Source: Macrostomum lignano (lineage: Eukaryota). Taken from it: DNA of 64,000 nt. Location of the stretch: positions 234,173 to 298,172 of the forward strand of contig NIVC01000639.1 of NCBI GenBank assembly GCA_002269645.1, written 5' to 3'. Positions 1-12,119 of this stretch are shown piece by piece (the first letter of the stretch is position 1; each line of letters begins with the position of its first letter). Both the position numbers and the translations under genes were made by a program. The notes under the pieces were generated by a model. That model was not told the origin of the DNA. It saw only the letters and a program-made list of their open reading frames with translations, and made no database searches.

Positions 1-455
1 CGGCGCGGGTGCATCAACAGCCTCATGGCGGGTGAATCAACAGCGTCATGGCGGGGCCCGCGTGTGCATCAACAGCATCAATGGCGGGTGCATCAACAGC
101 ATCATATCGGGTGCATCAACAGCATCATATCGGGTGCATCAATAGCCTCATGGCGGGTGCATCAATAGCATCATGGCGGGTGCATCAACAGCCTCATGGC
201 GGGTGCATCAATAGCATCATATCGGGTGCATCAATAGCATCATGGCGGGTGCATCAATAGCATCATGGTGGGTGCATCAATAGCATCATGGCGGGTGCAT
301 CAATAGCATCATGGCGGGTGCATCAATAGCATCATATCGGGTGCATCAATAGCATCATGGCGGGTGCATCAACAGCATCATGGCGGGTGCATCAATAGCA
401 TCATATCGGGTGCATCAATAGCATCATGGCGGGTGAATCAACAGCCTCATGGCGG
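1..455. repeat. ~23-bp minisatellite (GGCGGGTGCATCAATAGCATCAT)
   Basis: Direct tandem units, truncated by the window start. Confidence 0.95.
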
Positions 456-1167
456 TGTGCCATATCAGATGTACTGTCTCGCAATTCTGAGCTCTCACCC
501 TCCATCAAGCGCAGCTGCTTGCGCTAACCTTGTGAGTCAGTTAAGTGCGTCAACTTCGCTTGCCAGCATGCCTTGTCAAATAGTTAGACCGGCAGTTGAG
601 TCTTTGTTTGCTTCAGCAGAGGTTTATTGGTATAAGATTGAGGGAAATTCTGCAGGTTGTTTGAGCTGATTGACAGGTTTCAGAGTTGCAGGATTTCGCT
701 CGCATTCAGCAGTGCTGCAGCCATAAAAATGTTCAAGCAAGAAAAATAATTTTCTAGAAAAATGTTTTCACGACAGTTGACACAATTGTGCCGGAGCGCA
801 CCTGGGATTTGGATTTGCAGCTGTGGAGTCTTATTATCGATCGGAAGTGTTCCTAAAGATACAGAATGTCAATTTCAAGAGACGCTGTAACTGGGCGGCT
901 CCTGCGCTCGGGCTGGGGTATATCTGGCGCTTGACCCCTGAATGTACAATAATTCCCTCGTTATGCCCCTATCATTCCCCCTGTGGCGTTGTCTCATTCC
1001 CCTGCTTTCCCCTGTGCCCCTGATACTGAGTTATGCCGCTTATATTAATACATATTTCCTTCTGTCAACTATAGTAGGGAGAGGACGCTCTCCCTTTTCT
1101 CCCCTTAACATATTTGCGCCACCAGCTACACCGCCACATCGTTTATTCTCTTTCGCGGCCAATTTCC

Positions 1168-1545
1168 ATTTAGTATTTTTTATCAGAGGCGGGGCTGTGT
1201 ACCCCCTGAGGCACTTTAAGTGACATTGTCACACAATCGGCGAGAGACATTACCGCCCATTCCGCCGGCTCCCCTGAGCAGGCACACAAGCGCGCGATAA
1301 ATGCGTAGTCATACGCACAGGCACACACTCGCACAGGAGTGCACATCGGCCATAACTTTATTTATCGTTAGGTATGTACACTTCACTGTGCCTTGGGTTG
1401 GGCCCAAGGTAATTCCATGAGCAGACCCAAGCCGAGATTCCAATTTAGCCCCAAATTAATGACTGCACTTGGAATCGAGCCTGGGCGCTGGCCCATCACA
1501 GCGCCTCGATAGATCACTAGTAGTGCTGCTCTCCTATTGCTACTT
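1168..1545 (-). mobile_element. tRNA-derived SINE, copy 1 (diverged head)
   Basis: Colinear similarity to 28368-28721 (e.g. CCCATTCCGCCG-CTCCCCTGAGCAGGCA, ACTGCACTTGGAATCGAGCCTGGG); B-box GGCTCGATTCC and A-rich tail on the minus strand. Confidence 0.7.
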
Positions 1546-1719
1546 GTAGTACACATTCACGACTGCTGTGTTCCTGATTTGCTTTTTCCTCCAAATGCCT
1601 AGGCACTAGCCTCGTAGGTTAGTACGCCCTACCCGTTTTTCTACCCATTTTCTTGCATTTTCCACACGTGATCCGCGTGATAAGGCTATTTTTAAAAACA
1701 TTTCAGTGACATTTCTGAT

Positions 1720-2470
1720 TGCAGACCAGTACACACCTAAACTATAGACCAGTACACAGCTAAACTGCAGACAAGTACACACCTCAACTGCAGACCAGTA
1801 CACAGCTAAACTGCAGACCAGTACACACCTCAACTGCAGACCAGTACACAGCTAAACTGCAGACCAGTACACACCTCAACTGCAGACCAGTACACACCTC
1901 AACTGCAGACCAGTACACACTTCAACTGCAGACCAGTACACACCTCAACTGCAGACCAGTACACACCTCAACTACAGACCAGTACACACCTCAACTGCAG
2001 ACCAGTACACACCTCAACTGCAGACCAGTACACACCTCAACTGCAGACCAGTACACACCTCAACTGCAGACCAGTACACACCTCAACTGCAGACCAGTAC
2101 ACACCTCAACTGCAGACCAGTACACACCTCAACTACAGACCAGTACACACCTCAACTGCAGACCAGTACACACCTCAACTGCGGACCAGTACACACCTCA
2201 ACTGCAGACCAGTACACACCTCAACTGCAGACCAGTACACACCTCAACTGCGGACCAGTACACACCTCAACTGCAGACCAGTACACACCTCAACTGCAGA
2301 CCAGTACACACCTCAACTGCAGACCAGTACACACCTCAACTACAGACCAATACACAGCTACACTGCAGACCAGTACACAGCCAGAGTAAAGACCAGTACA
2401 CAGCCAGAGTAAAGACCAATACACAGCCAGAGTAAAGACCAGTACACAGCTAAACTGCAGATCAGTACAC
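1720..2470. repeat. 23-bp minisatellite (ACTGCAGACCAGTACACACCTCA)
   Basis: About 30 near-identical tandem units. Confidence 0.97.
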
Positions 2471-2776
2471 AGCCAACTGCTCCAACTCAGTCTGCTCGCA
2501 TCTACAGAACCTGAGTTATTGAGATGAGCAGCGCCAGTAAAATAAGCTGAAATTCAGAGTCGCGGTTAGCATTTGAATTTTTGGGATGCTCGAGGAAAAA
2601 GGGCCAGCTGGCGTTGTTTATTCGTGTCTGTCTCAGACCGGGACTTGCGTCAGGGATCAGTTTGTCAAGTCTGTCAGATAAACCTCTTGAATGAAGGATT
2701 TGCGCTGTTATTCAATCTTCAGGTGCGATCAGATTCTCAGTTCAACTGCACTGCTGGCTTCCATGGGGCCGCCGCT

Positions 2777-4281
2777 TCAAACCCGCTGGCACCAGCTGTC
2801 CAGCAGCGCGAACTCGGACTGGTTGAGCACTCGAGTGCTCAGACAGAAGCAGGAGATGCTGCCCTGGATGGAGTATCCGCTGACAGGGAAGCCCCCAAGC
2901 TGCAGGCATTGGAAATTCGCAGTGCTGAGGTCGGACTTCGAGTTTGTTTTATCCAGACTGGCAGCGCGGCTGCTCCCGTTGAAGAAGAAGCTAACGGCCC
3001 GGTCCGTGTCGTAGGAGACCCCGATAGAGACCAGGGCGACCGAGCTGCTCTTGTTGTACACGGTGCCGGAATTGTAGCGGTAGGATTTTTCGTCAGCGGG
3101 CCAGTACACCTCATGCCAGATTTCTCCTTCGTGAGTGTACAAGTCGTGAGCCACGGATGTCCAGGATGTCCCGGTGCAGTGCCGGAATGCTGCGTAGGTG
3201 CCGCTGCAATTAAAAGAGGGTTTGGAACTCTCAGCCCCATTCGCACAAAGGTCTCACTGCGGTGCACAGGATCTGGGACTCTCAGCCCCATTCGCACAAA
3301 GGTCTCACTGCGGTGCACAGGATCTGGGACTCTCAGCCCCATTCGCACAAAGGTCTCACTGCGGTGCACAGGATCTGGGACTCTCAGCCCCATTCGCACA
3401 AAGGTCTCACTGCGGTGCACAGGATCTGGGACTCTCAGCCCCATTCGCACAAAGGTCTCACTGCGGTGCACAGGATCTGGGACTCTCAGCCCCATTCGCA
3501 CAAAGGTCTCACTGCGGTGCACAGGATCTGGAACTCTCAGCCCTATTTGAACAAAGGTCTCACTGCGGTGCACAATGACTCAGCAAGAACCCGAGCTCTG
3601 CTCGAACTTTCATTGCCTCAGAGGCGACTCACTCGATGTCCAGCGGGTGCTTGGCCCGGACGAAGAAGGAGAACTTGTTGCCCTTGTTGACCACCGTCTC
3701 GTAGCCGGGCGTCTCCGCCATCAGGAAGGAGTCCGGGCTCTGCACAAAGTGCGCACCAGAGGCGTTCACCACCGTGGCGTTGCCGCTCCTCAGCCGGTGC
3801 TGGCACGGGTCGGCGACGTTCTCGAGGCCGTGGCTGGCGAACCTGTAGAGCAGCTTGAGGCCGAGTTGGCCCACAATGGGGTGCACGGAGGACTGCTCTG
3901 GAGTGGGTGGGTGGTCAGGGGGATTTGCAAGCATTCGGAAGGAACAGAGGAAATACAGCACCGGACTTCCGGCTCACGGAAGCTACCTGCGCTGTAGGAG
4001 TCGCAAGGTCCGTCGCTCCACAGCGCCAGTCCCTCACAGGTGGAGTTGCCATGGAAACAGAGACCGGCTGTCCGGTTGAAGTGGAACAGGTCGCAGTCCG
4101 GCCTGCTGCTGCACGCAGCGCCGCAGCGAATCTTCGACTTCTCGGCTCGGGCGGGCAGCGCGGAGAGCCGCGGGCACAGGGCGGTCGCTTTGAACTGCCG
4201 GCTGGTGGAGAGGCCGGGGCAGCCCCGCAGCAGCTGCAGGAGGACGGCGCAGCAGAGGAGGAGCTCGCGGTCGGGGCTCAT
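2777..4281 (-). CDS. Secreted PAN/apple + LamG/concanavalin-A-like protein; exons 4281-3987, 3897-3633, 3203-2777
   Basis: Signal peptide MSPDRELLLCCAVLLQLLRGCPG; PAN-type Cys pattern (CGAACSSRPDCDLFHFNRTAGLC); GT-AG introns in matching phases 1 and 2 join the exons; beta-rich C-terminus (FFFNG...LQLGG...IQGSISCF) resembles LamG. Confidence 0.75.
3224..3573. repeat. 51-bp intronic minisatellite (~7 copies)
   Basis: ACTCTCAGCCCCATTCGCACAAAGGTCTCACTGCGGTGCACAGGATCTGGG repeated within intron 2. Confidence 0.95.
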
Positions 4282-5401
4282 GGCTGCGGCGCGGGCGGGC
4301 GGAGCGGCGAGTCTGCAGGCCTTTAAATCGGCTGCCGCCCAGCCAGTCAGCGCAGGATTTGCTTGAGGCCCGCCAACAGAAACTCTTCTGTGAGAGAAAA
4401 ATTTTTTTGAATGGAAAATTTTCAATGGCAGTCAGGCAAACAGTTGCTAAGGAAAATGGGACTGCTCGAGCTTCAGTTTTCTACGAAGTAGAAGAGAATT
4501 GGGACACCTGTGGTATTGGTAATTTGACAGAAAGCCCCTTGAGATGGCTTTACTTGTTCAAACAGTTGACTTTGAAAAAGTGAAAAAGTGTGGGTTCAAA
4601 CAAATATGTGGCAAATCACCAGTCTAGGAGAGGTTGCGTCTCAAAATTGGCTTGGCTTCAGAGCAACAGATACTACTAGGTAACCTGGCCTAAGCCCAAT
4701 GCGACGGCTCCTACAAGTTGAGTAAATTGTTCTGAGCTGGATTGGAGACTCATCTCGGAAGCGAGACGGGTGGCTTCTCAAACCTGACCTTGGCGCCCGT
4801 CAAGAAAGCATCACAGACAGGTCGTGGTCCGCATCAGTTTAAGCTGGATGACTTCTTAAGTAGAAGGGCGCAGATCTTGTGACAGCCGATTCTCAAAGAG
4901 TTTCTAAGTATTGCAATGTTGAAGGCTCAGTATTATCCGTCCTGCCTTGCTGCTTGACTGGAAACTTTTTTCCAGAGTGGCAGCTTGTTGAACTGAGGTG
5001 ACCCGGCCATACCTTGAGAAATGTTTCTATGCATCCTCCAACTCTCTATCTGACTTCTGTTACTATTCTAGTGTTTCACAAAACCAGTTAAACCTTAGGA
5101 CTGAACAGCCGTACGCAGATGCGCCGCGCAATAGCTGCGGCTGAGCTGTCGGTTGTTGCTGTTACGTCCGGCTTCCGTAATCCAGCCGAAGTTTTTTATT
5201 CTTTAGCTCGGTAGCAGGCGCTCAGGCGTTTTCTTCTCTTTTTATTGCAATCGTTACTCTCTGAGTAAGGTGTGTTAGACGCGCCGGGGGGTGCCGCTGT
5301 ACATGCCTCTGTACTCTGGCCGGGGTTGAGGCGTGGGGATGTTGGTCGCGCCGCCCGGCTTGTCTCCGCCGCCATTTCTCAATTTTTGCTCAGCCACCGA
5401 C

Positions 5402-6518
5402 ATGAGTGCCAGCCCCAAAGCGACTCAACGTGCGCCAACTCAAGGCTGAGCTGCGAAACAGAGGCCTGCCTACCACGGGCCGCAAACAACGGCTCGCCAA
5501 GCGCTTGTCTACTGCACTCGGCTTAGAGCAAGCTGACGAAGACTTCAACAACTCCGAGATGACTTCTTCTGCTCCGGACGCCGAGGCCGGCATCGGCAGC
5601 GCGGGCGAGGCGCCTCCGGGGGCGGGAGCGACCGGCTGGCGGCGCTGCGGCAGAAGGCGGAGCTGCTCGAACTGCAAGTCCTGGGAGGCCGTGGTCGGGA
5701 TCTTCAGCAACGGCTTCACACTCAGCAGCGCTTGACGGCTCAGCTCCAGCCAGCATAATCATCAGGTGAGCAAAACGCACATACGCTCGTACCAGTCTGC
5801 AGTTGCCCGAGGTTTTTGAATCTGGGATGAGGGAGGCGGCTCAGCTTCAGGCCAGGCTTCGACTCGCAAGTTGCATTTGATCAGAGACCACATCAAGCTA
5901 GCCAGAGGACCCGGCTCAGCCGGTCAGGAGCACTGGTCGCCACAATGGAGAATGGCTCCCTCACATTCAGAAAGCAAGAGCCGAAGCTGTCCAGTATCTC
6001 TGCTGGTCAGTGGATCGCGGCCAATTCGGTCATCCTGCAAAAGCTGATCAAGGAGAAACTCCCGGCGGCTGCTGGAAAGCACTGATGGTCTCCTGACTGA
6101 CGTCCTTGGCTACCTGGACTACAATCGCAAGATTGGAGAGCTGCTGGCTGCTGACTACCCGGGGTCCGTAATCTGGGAGTTTGACGAGGACTACCGGAAG
6201 CTGGTGGCGGAGAAGGGCATGGCGTGGGGTGAGGAGCCCCCTCAGCTGTACCACAAGCACCTCAACTCACCCAGAAACCTGCGGTTAACGTTCGCTAAGC
6301 AGCCCAGCCAGCAGCAAATCCCGGCAGCAACCAGGCTGATCTGTCTGCGCTTCAACTCCGAGTCCGGATGCACCCGCCAGAACTGCAAGTTCCGCCACGT
6401 CTGCAAAATCCAAGGCTGCCTGGCAGCGCATCCGGCTCACGCTCACACGCAGTCGCCGCAGTCATTACTCACCGGACAGCTGCCGGGTCACGTGACCGGT
6501 GCGAGTGCAAAAAAATGA
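5402..6518 (+). pseudogene. gag-like ORF1 with N-terminal SAP domain and C-terminal Cys/His finger, frameshifted
   Basis: LNVRQLKAELRNRGLPTTGRKQRLAKRL (SAP consensus); WEFDEDYRKLVAEKGMAWG; CLRFNSESGCTRQNCKFRHVCKIQGCLAAH. Confidence 0.75.
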
Positions 6519-6559
6519 CGCCATTTTATCCAGCTGACTGCTCTGTTTTTAATTCCGAA

Positions 6560-8090
6560 TATTCTGCTTTTACTTCTTCGCTGCCCATCTCGTCTGATCT
6601 GCAACCTGACGCCTGGAGTGCTCTGCTCAGCGACGACCCAGACCACGACTTTCTGATGCAAGGCGTTGTCAACGGTTTCGCTCTCACCAATGCTGGCCAA
6701 CCGCCTTTGACTTCGTCCAAGAACACGCCTCCGCTCTGCTGCACCGCTCTGCTGTGGAAGCCCAGGTCGAGGAGGAGCTGCGCCTTGGAAGGTACATCTG
6801 GTGGAGCGGCCCGATCAAAGTCAACCCGATCGGCACCGTGCCCAAGTCCGACGGGCGGGTCTGCCTGATCCATGACCTGTCCTATCCGACCGGCCAGTCT
6901 GTCAACGACTGCTACGACCAGCAGAAGCACATCAAGTACTGCACTGTCCAGCAGCTGGTTCGTTATCTCCTCCGGGACACTACATGGCCAAGGTCGATCT
7001 CAAAAGCGCCTACAGGTCCGCGCCAATCAGGCCTGCTGACTACGGGCTCGTCGGCCTCGCCTGGCGGTTTGACTCGGACAGCCAGGACAGTCTGCTCTGC
7101 AACACCAGGCTTCCATTCGGCGCCAAAGCTGCTTGCGAAGTTTTCCACCGTCTTTCAGCCGCCGTTACCCGGAACATGCACCAGCTTGGCTTTTCTGCTA
7201 CAATGAACCACCTGGATGACGGGGCAGTCGCTGGGAAATCCGAGTCCGAAGCTTTCGCTGCTTTCGATTGCCTGCTGGACATCTTGCAGCGCCTCGGCTT
7301 TACCATCAACTGGGACAAGGTTGTCAGGCCTACGCAATGCATCGACTTCCTTGGCGTGCGCATCAACACCGCTACCGGCACCAAGTCGCTGCCAGAGGAG
7401 AAGGCTCTCGAGACGACGAAGCTGCTGACTCAGACCTGCTCGGAGACTCGGGTGCACCTGCGCTCTGCTCAGAAGTTGATTGGCAAGCGTGGCTGGTTCT
7501 GTCAGATTGTCCCTCATGTCAGAGTCTTCCTGCGTCCGCTCTTCGACTGGCTGACAACTGCTGTTGACTGCAAGCTTTGGGTGACCGATGAGACCCGCGC
7601 CAACCTGTCCTGGTGGCTCAGAGCCCTGGCTTGGCTCCCCTCGGTTGCTTTGTGGCCGCGCTTCGACGAGGAGTTTGCCGTGGAGACTGACAGCAGCCGG
7701 TCAGGCGCAGATGGAGTGCCATCGACTGGGAGCTGGACTGCGGTGGTGTGTTCAGGGATGCCCATATCAACTTCAAGGAGGCTCTGGCACCTTTGCTGAT
7801 CATCTTGCACCGGCGCTCTCAGCTCAACAACTGCAAATTGTCATCTACACAGACAGCACCGCAGCGGCTGGCATGATCAATTGGCTGAGCTCTCGTGACC
7901 CACGGTTCCTGCAGGTGTACCAGACTGTGGCTCTGCTGCGCATCCGGAACAGCATCAGTTTGGAGACCTTTCACCTGCCTGGTTGCATGCAGATTTTTGC
8001 TGATGCTGCCTCCCGTATGTTTGTCTCGCAGTCTGAGCTCATTAACTTTTGCTCCCGCTACTACCGTACGCTCGTGATCTGCCCGCTTGA
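6560..8090 (+). pseudogene. DIRS-type reverse transcriptase/RNase H, frameshifted
   Basis: RLIHDLS-like CLIHDLSYP; KVDLKSAYR; LPFG; HLDD (YLDD variant); FLGVRI; ETDSS; IYTDSTAA RNase H motif. Confidence 0.88.
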
Positions 8091-8800
8091 GTTCACGTCG
8101 CACGCGCTCTCTGCCACTTCTCTATCTTTTGCAGGTCGCCCTTCGGAGACGCCGCCCGCCCCCCGCGCTGTGTCCGCCGGACAGCTGTGCCGCCTCGGCC
8201 TGGTGGAGAACTCCTGGCGATCCTACCTCAGCCAGCTGCGCTCCTGGGAGGACTTCTGTGTTAGCGCAGGCCGCCCTTCATGTCCAGCTGACGGTGAGCT
8301 CCTCTGCCGCTACATCGCGCACCTGGTGAGCACCGGCTCCGGTCCCTCTTCAGCCTCCGAGCCTACGTCCATGCCGTCTCTTTTCTGCACCAAGCCACCG
8401 GCGCCCCCGACCCAGCGAAAGACTTCACCGTGCAGCTGGCCCTCCGAGGCGCCAAACGTCATCTGGGCCTGCGATGCAAACAGGCAGGTGACCAGATGAC
8501 CATCGAGCACCTCAAGAGAATCCATCAGCAGCTCCTGCGCTTCATCTCAAGCGCATATCTCCGGGCCACCTTCTGGGCGGCTTTTTTTGGTGGGCTGGTG
8601 GGGCATGTTGCGCCTTGGTGACTTCCTATCGGCCCGCGGCAACACGCTCTGTCTCGCGGGACTGCCTGTCGGCTTCATCTGGCTGCTGGAAGTTGGCAGT
8701 CCCAAAGTCCAAGACCAACCAGTTCGGCCACAGCATCCAGGGGGGGGGGGTGCCAGCTTCTGCCATCAAATCGGCTTGTCAGAATCGGACATTCGGGCCC
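8087..8800 (+). pseudogene. Tyrosine recombinase, N-terminal and first catalytic part only
   Basis: SWRSYLSQLRSWEDFC core-binding helix; AFF...LRLGDFL (catalytic Arg); PKSKTNQFG; no HxxR or catalytic Tyr region found downstream. Confidence 0.75.
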
Positions 8801-9438
8801 TTTGAGGCTGGAGATCGGGCCCTTTGAGGCTGGAGATCGGACGCTGTTCTCCTCTTCTTTTCCGCCAGCTCTACGCTGTCGCGCCGCCAGCGCTCCGCTT
8901 CTTTCTTGGCTTCGGCTTCGCAGCTGCAGGCTGCTACCAGGCTGCTACCACCTAGCTCTGGTTTCCCCTGCTTTTACTCCTCTTCCCCTTCGTTGGGTTT
9001 CTCGGCCGCTGCCGGCTTTTTCGCAACCGCTTTGTCTCATTTGGCTCCTTCCGATGTGTTTAATGCAATCGTTACTCACTGAGTAAGGTGTGTTAGGCGC
9101 GCCGGGGGATGCTGTTGTACGAGCTACATTTCCTCTGTACTCTGGCGGGGGTTGAGGTTTGGGGCCGGGGTGTTGGCCGCGCCGGCCGGCTTAAAGCCTC
9201 TGCACCCGGCCCGGCTTGTCTCCACCGCTATTTCTCATTTTTTTATTTTTCGTTTTTATGGACCAAAAAATACCCGTTTAAACAAGTAAATAAACGCTTC
9301 GCTTGATTCCGTTCGGATCCGCTTTCTCGGCCACTGCCGGCTTTTTCGCAACCGCTTTGTCTTCTTTGGCTCCTTCAAGCGTATTTAATTCTTTTTTATT
9401 TCTCTTGCATTTTCTTGAGCGCAAAGTGTGCGAGTATA

Positions 9439-9515
9439 GGGGGTTGTAGCCTAGTGGTTTAGAGCGTCGGACTCTCGACTTTAAGGTCGGGGGTTCGATT
9501 CCTGATTCAGGGACG
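9439..9515 (+). other. tRNA-like sequence (SINE head or tRNA pseudogene)
   Basis: A-box TAGCCTAGTGG and B-box GGTTCGATTCC at tRNA spacing; acceptor and anticodon stems do not pair. Confidence 0.55.
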
Positions 9516-9897
9516 TCTAGAGCTAGCACCACTGGACTAGTAGCTAGAATAAAACACCACCCATTTTACGCTAGTGTAGCAACAGCAAGGTGGCAGTTGT
9601 GCTAGCTAAGCAAACTAGGTAAATAAACTAAATAAACTAGTGCGTTCGAGTTGGGGCACTAGGGATAGGGGACTTGGGGGAGAGCAGTGAAACAGACAAA
9701 CGAGTAGAAATGCACAGGGCTTGGGCACCGAGCTCATGACACTGATATGTTCTCGATGCATATTCAGTGGTGTACAATTTAAGAAATTATTCACCCCACT
9801 ACCCCAGGTTTTCCTTGCTCTCTGCCAAGCACTGACAAAGAGTAAATGATGTCTTGCACTGTTATCATTTCCAGCAGCCTCTCAGTGCAAGCTTTCA

Positions 9898-11100
9898 ATG
9901 GTGCATGCATGTTCAGTCTACCAATGCTTAACTCGAGCAACCCAGGAATCTGGAGTGAACTTCCACAGCCAGCCTCTCCAAGACACTACTCTTCTTGAGA
10001 AATGGAAGAGAGCAAACCCGAGAAGACTTTGAGCAGGCAAAGTACTGCAAGATTTGCTCTCGTGATTTTCATCTCCATGACTTCACGGAAGCATCGGTGG
10101 ATCAACGCCACACGCAATAAGAGAGGCGAGTCGCTGTCAAGGAGGAGACTCAAGCCTACAGTGGTTCCATCCATCTGTCTGAACGCTCCCATGAGCTCCC
10201 ATCTAATTGTCATCTGACAATAAGGAACCGCGAGCAACGACAGTGACATTGTCTGAGCGATGGAGAGAGAGAGCAGAGAGAGCTGGAAGAAAGGGTTGGA
10301 GTCTCTGGAAGCAGACTCCACTGTTAGGACGGACCTAAAGGAGATTCAGCGCAAGCTGGAGCAGGAAGCGACCAAGCCAGCTGGACTTCAGACGGCTACC
10401 TAGGACAATAAGCTCTGCGTCCATATGCTAGAGACAGCCATTGTGCCGTGTTTCTTGCTACATCTGCCTGGCAGAAGACCAAGCCAATGGACTGCCGCTA
10501 AAAGCAAGCATTTTCACCTACTGACTAGAGGAAAAACTTTGACTCTCAGCCAGCTTGTGAATTTCATGTCGAGAATCAAGAATTCGACTGAGAATTGGCC
10601 GAGTCGTCACCTCAGACCAAGATCTCCAGGATGCCGTGGAAGACCTCTTGCCGTCTTGGAGGAAGCAAAAAGGCTGACGGACAATCGGACTGTGAGCTTT
10701 GCCTTGGAGCAGCTAAAGCTGAGCACGAAGTCATCGTGCACCAGAAGGTGTTCCAAGGATCTCCTTGTGTTCTACTTGATCTAATCCATCAGTGCCTCAG
10801 CCCTCAGCGTAACAAGACCTACGAGTACTTGGGCAGGATGCCGTCTGCCTCCCGTCTGATCTCACGCTGACGTCCATAACTGCACATCTTCAAGCGGCCT
10901 TGGGCTGAGAGCTTCAAAGCTGTCACGAATGGAGAAGGTAGTGACCCTGTTCATCGGCGAGATCTACATCGCAAGTAGGATTGAATCAATGCCAAAGCAA
11001 CAGGCCAGCAGTCTGTGTTCATGCTATTCAATCCAGTGCACGACTTGAAAACATATTTACAACTTTCACAGCTGAGGAGACCTCCATCTCCTTCCCTCCA
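9898..11100 (+). pseudogene. THAP-domain P-element-like (THAP9-type) transposase remnant
   Basis: MVHACSVYQC...GVNFH...W...CKICSRDF...RLKPTVVPSI (THAP, frameshifted); TYEYL..MPS; EKVVTLFIGEIYI (DEI motif with D to G change). Confidence 0.72.
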
Positions 11101-11231
11101 GCGTGTAGTGACTGGCTGCTAACTGGCTTTTCAGCAGCATTCACTAGCTGTTCCTAAGAGCGCTGTGATCCGCTGCACAGTGGCTCAGTCCACCTGATCT
11201 AGAGAGAGATTTACTCTGTGCTGGGCCTAAG

Positions 11232-11860
11232 TGTTTACTGCCCGATGACTCATCGCCTGAGCGGGCGCGGCAGTCACACTCAATGCCTTCCCCTCCCGCG
11301 CTGAGGAGACATAGCAGGATGACTCGTCACCTGCGCGGGGTGTAAAGGCTGCCTAGAGGGAGTAAACAGGATGACTCATCCGCCCAAGTTCTATTTTTAG
11401 CACAGAAAAGCACGTGACTGTGCACGCACACTGTGCGTGGCCACTGACCTTGAGTCACGCCACTGCTGCGTGATAGGCTTGCCTTATTAGAAAGTCGGCC
11501 TTGGATCACGCATCGCTCGAATGATTCTGAGGACCAAAAAAGGAAGTTTCACGCGCTCACCGCATGAAACTCACGTGACTTTTGGGGGTCTGCTCGGCTA
11601 TAAATACGGAGCATCTGTGAGCCATTTTTCTCCAGATCGCGTTCACTGCGTCGTCTCGCGGAGCATTGGCTAACTCGTGAAGCCTCCTCCGAGCTCTCCT
11701 CTCATCGTTTCAGGTTTTTCAGGTTTTCTGGTTCGAGCAGCATTCTACTAAGTCAATCGACTGTCGAGACATTTTTCAAATTTGCCTTTGCTCCGAGCGA
11801 TTTCGTTATTTTATTTCAGGTGACGGATAGACAACTCTGCCGACGCGTCGAGTCCGCACA
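11232..11860 (+). promoter_or_regulatory. Probable solo LTR / TATA promoter with clustered AP-1 and E-box sites
   Basis: TG...CA ends flanked by CTAAG/CCAAG; TGACTCA at 11246 and 11372, TGAGTCA at 11451; CACGTG at 11411 and ~11572; TATAAATA at 11599. Confidence 0.45.
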
Positions 11861-12119
11861 CCAAGGTGGCAGCAACCCTACCAAGTTAAGGCTAACGTTT
11901 TAGGTTCAATTACAGGCAAATCGATAGGTAGTACAACGGTGCTATCTAGCTACTTCCGGAGCAGCGAGTTCTAGCTCGTATTTATAGGATCATCTTCAAG
12001 AACTCGGGAAGGAGCCTAACAAGCTCTTGCAATGATTCTTAACAAGTTGGTTCAGAGCCAAGTCAGTATTTTTCTCCATTATTTCCATATATTCTCATCA
12101 TAAAGTCTAAATTTTTATA

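Larger units (their letters stand above)
5246..9388 (+). mobile_element. Ngaro/PAT-like tyrosine-recombinase (DIRS-order) retrotransposon with split direct repeats, decayed
   Basis: A1 5246-5390 matches A2 9064-9243; B1 ~8997-9064 matches B2 ~9323-9388 (A1-ORFs-B1-A2-B2); gag, RT/RNase H and YR remnants in order. Confidence 0.88.

Noticed and set aside
2573-4326. Plus-strand ORFs over the PAN-LamG gene, and antisense ORFs over other GC-rich exons
   Set aside because: Shadow frames of the better-supported opposite-strand genes
9439-9515. Functional tRNA-Glu(CTC)
   Set aside because: Acceptor and anticodon stems fail to pair; kept only as tRNA-like
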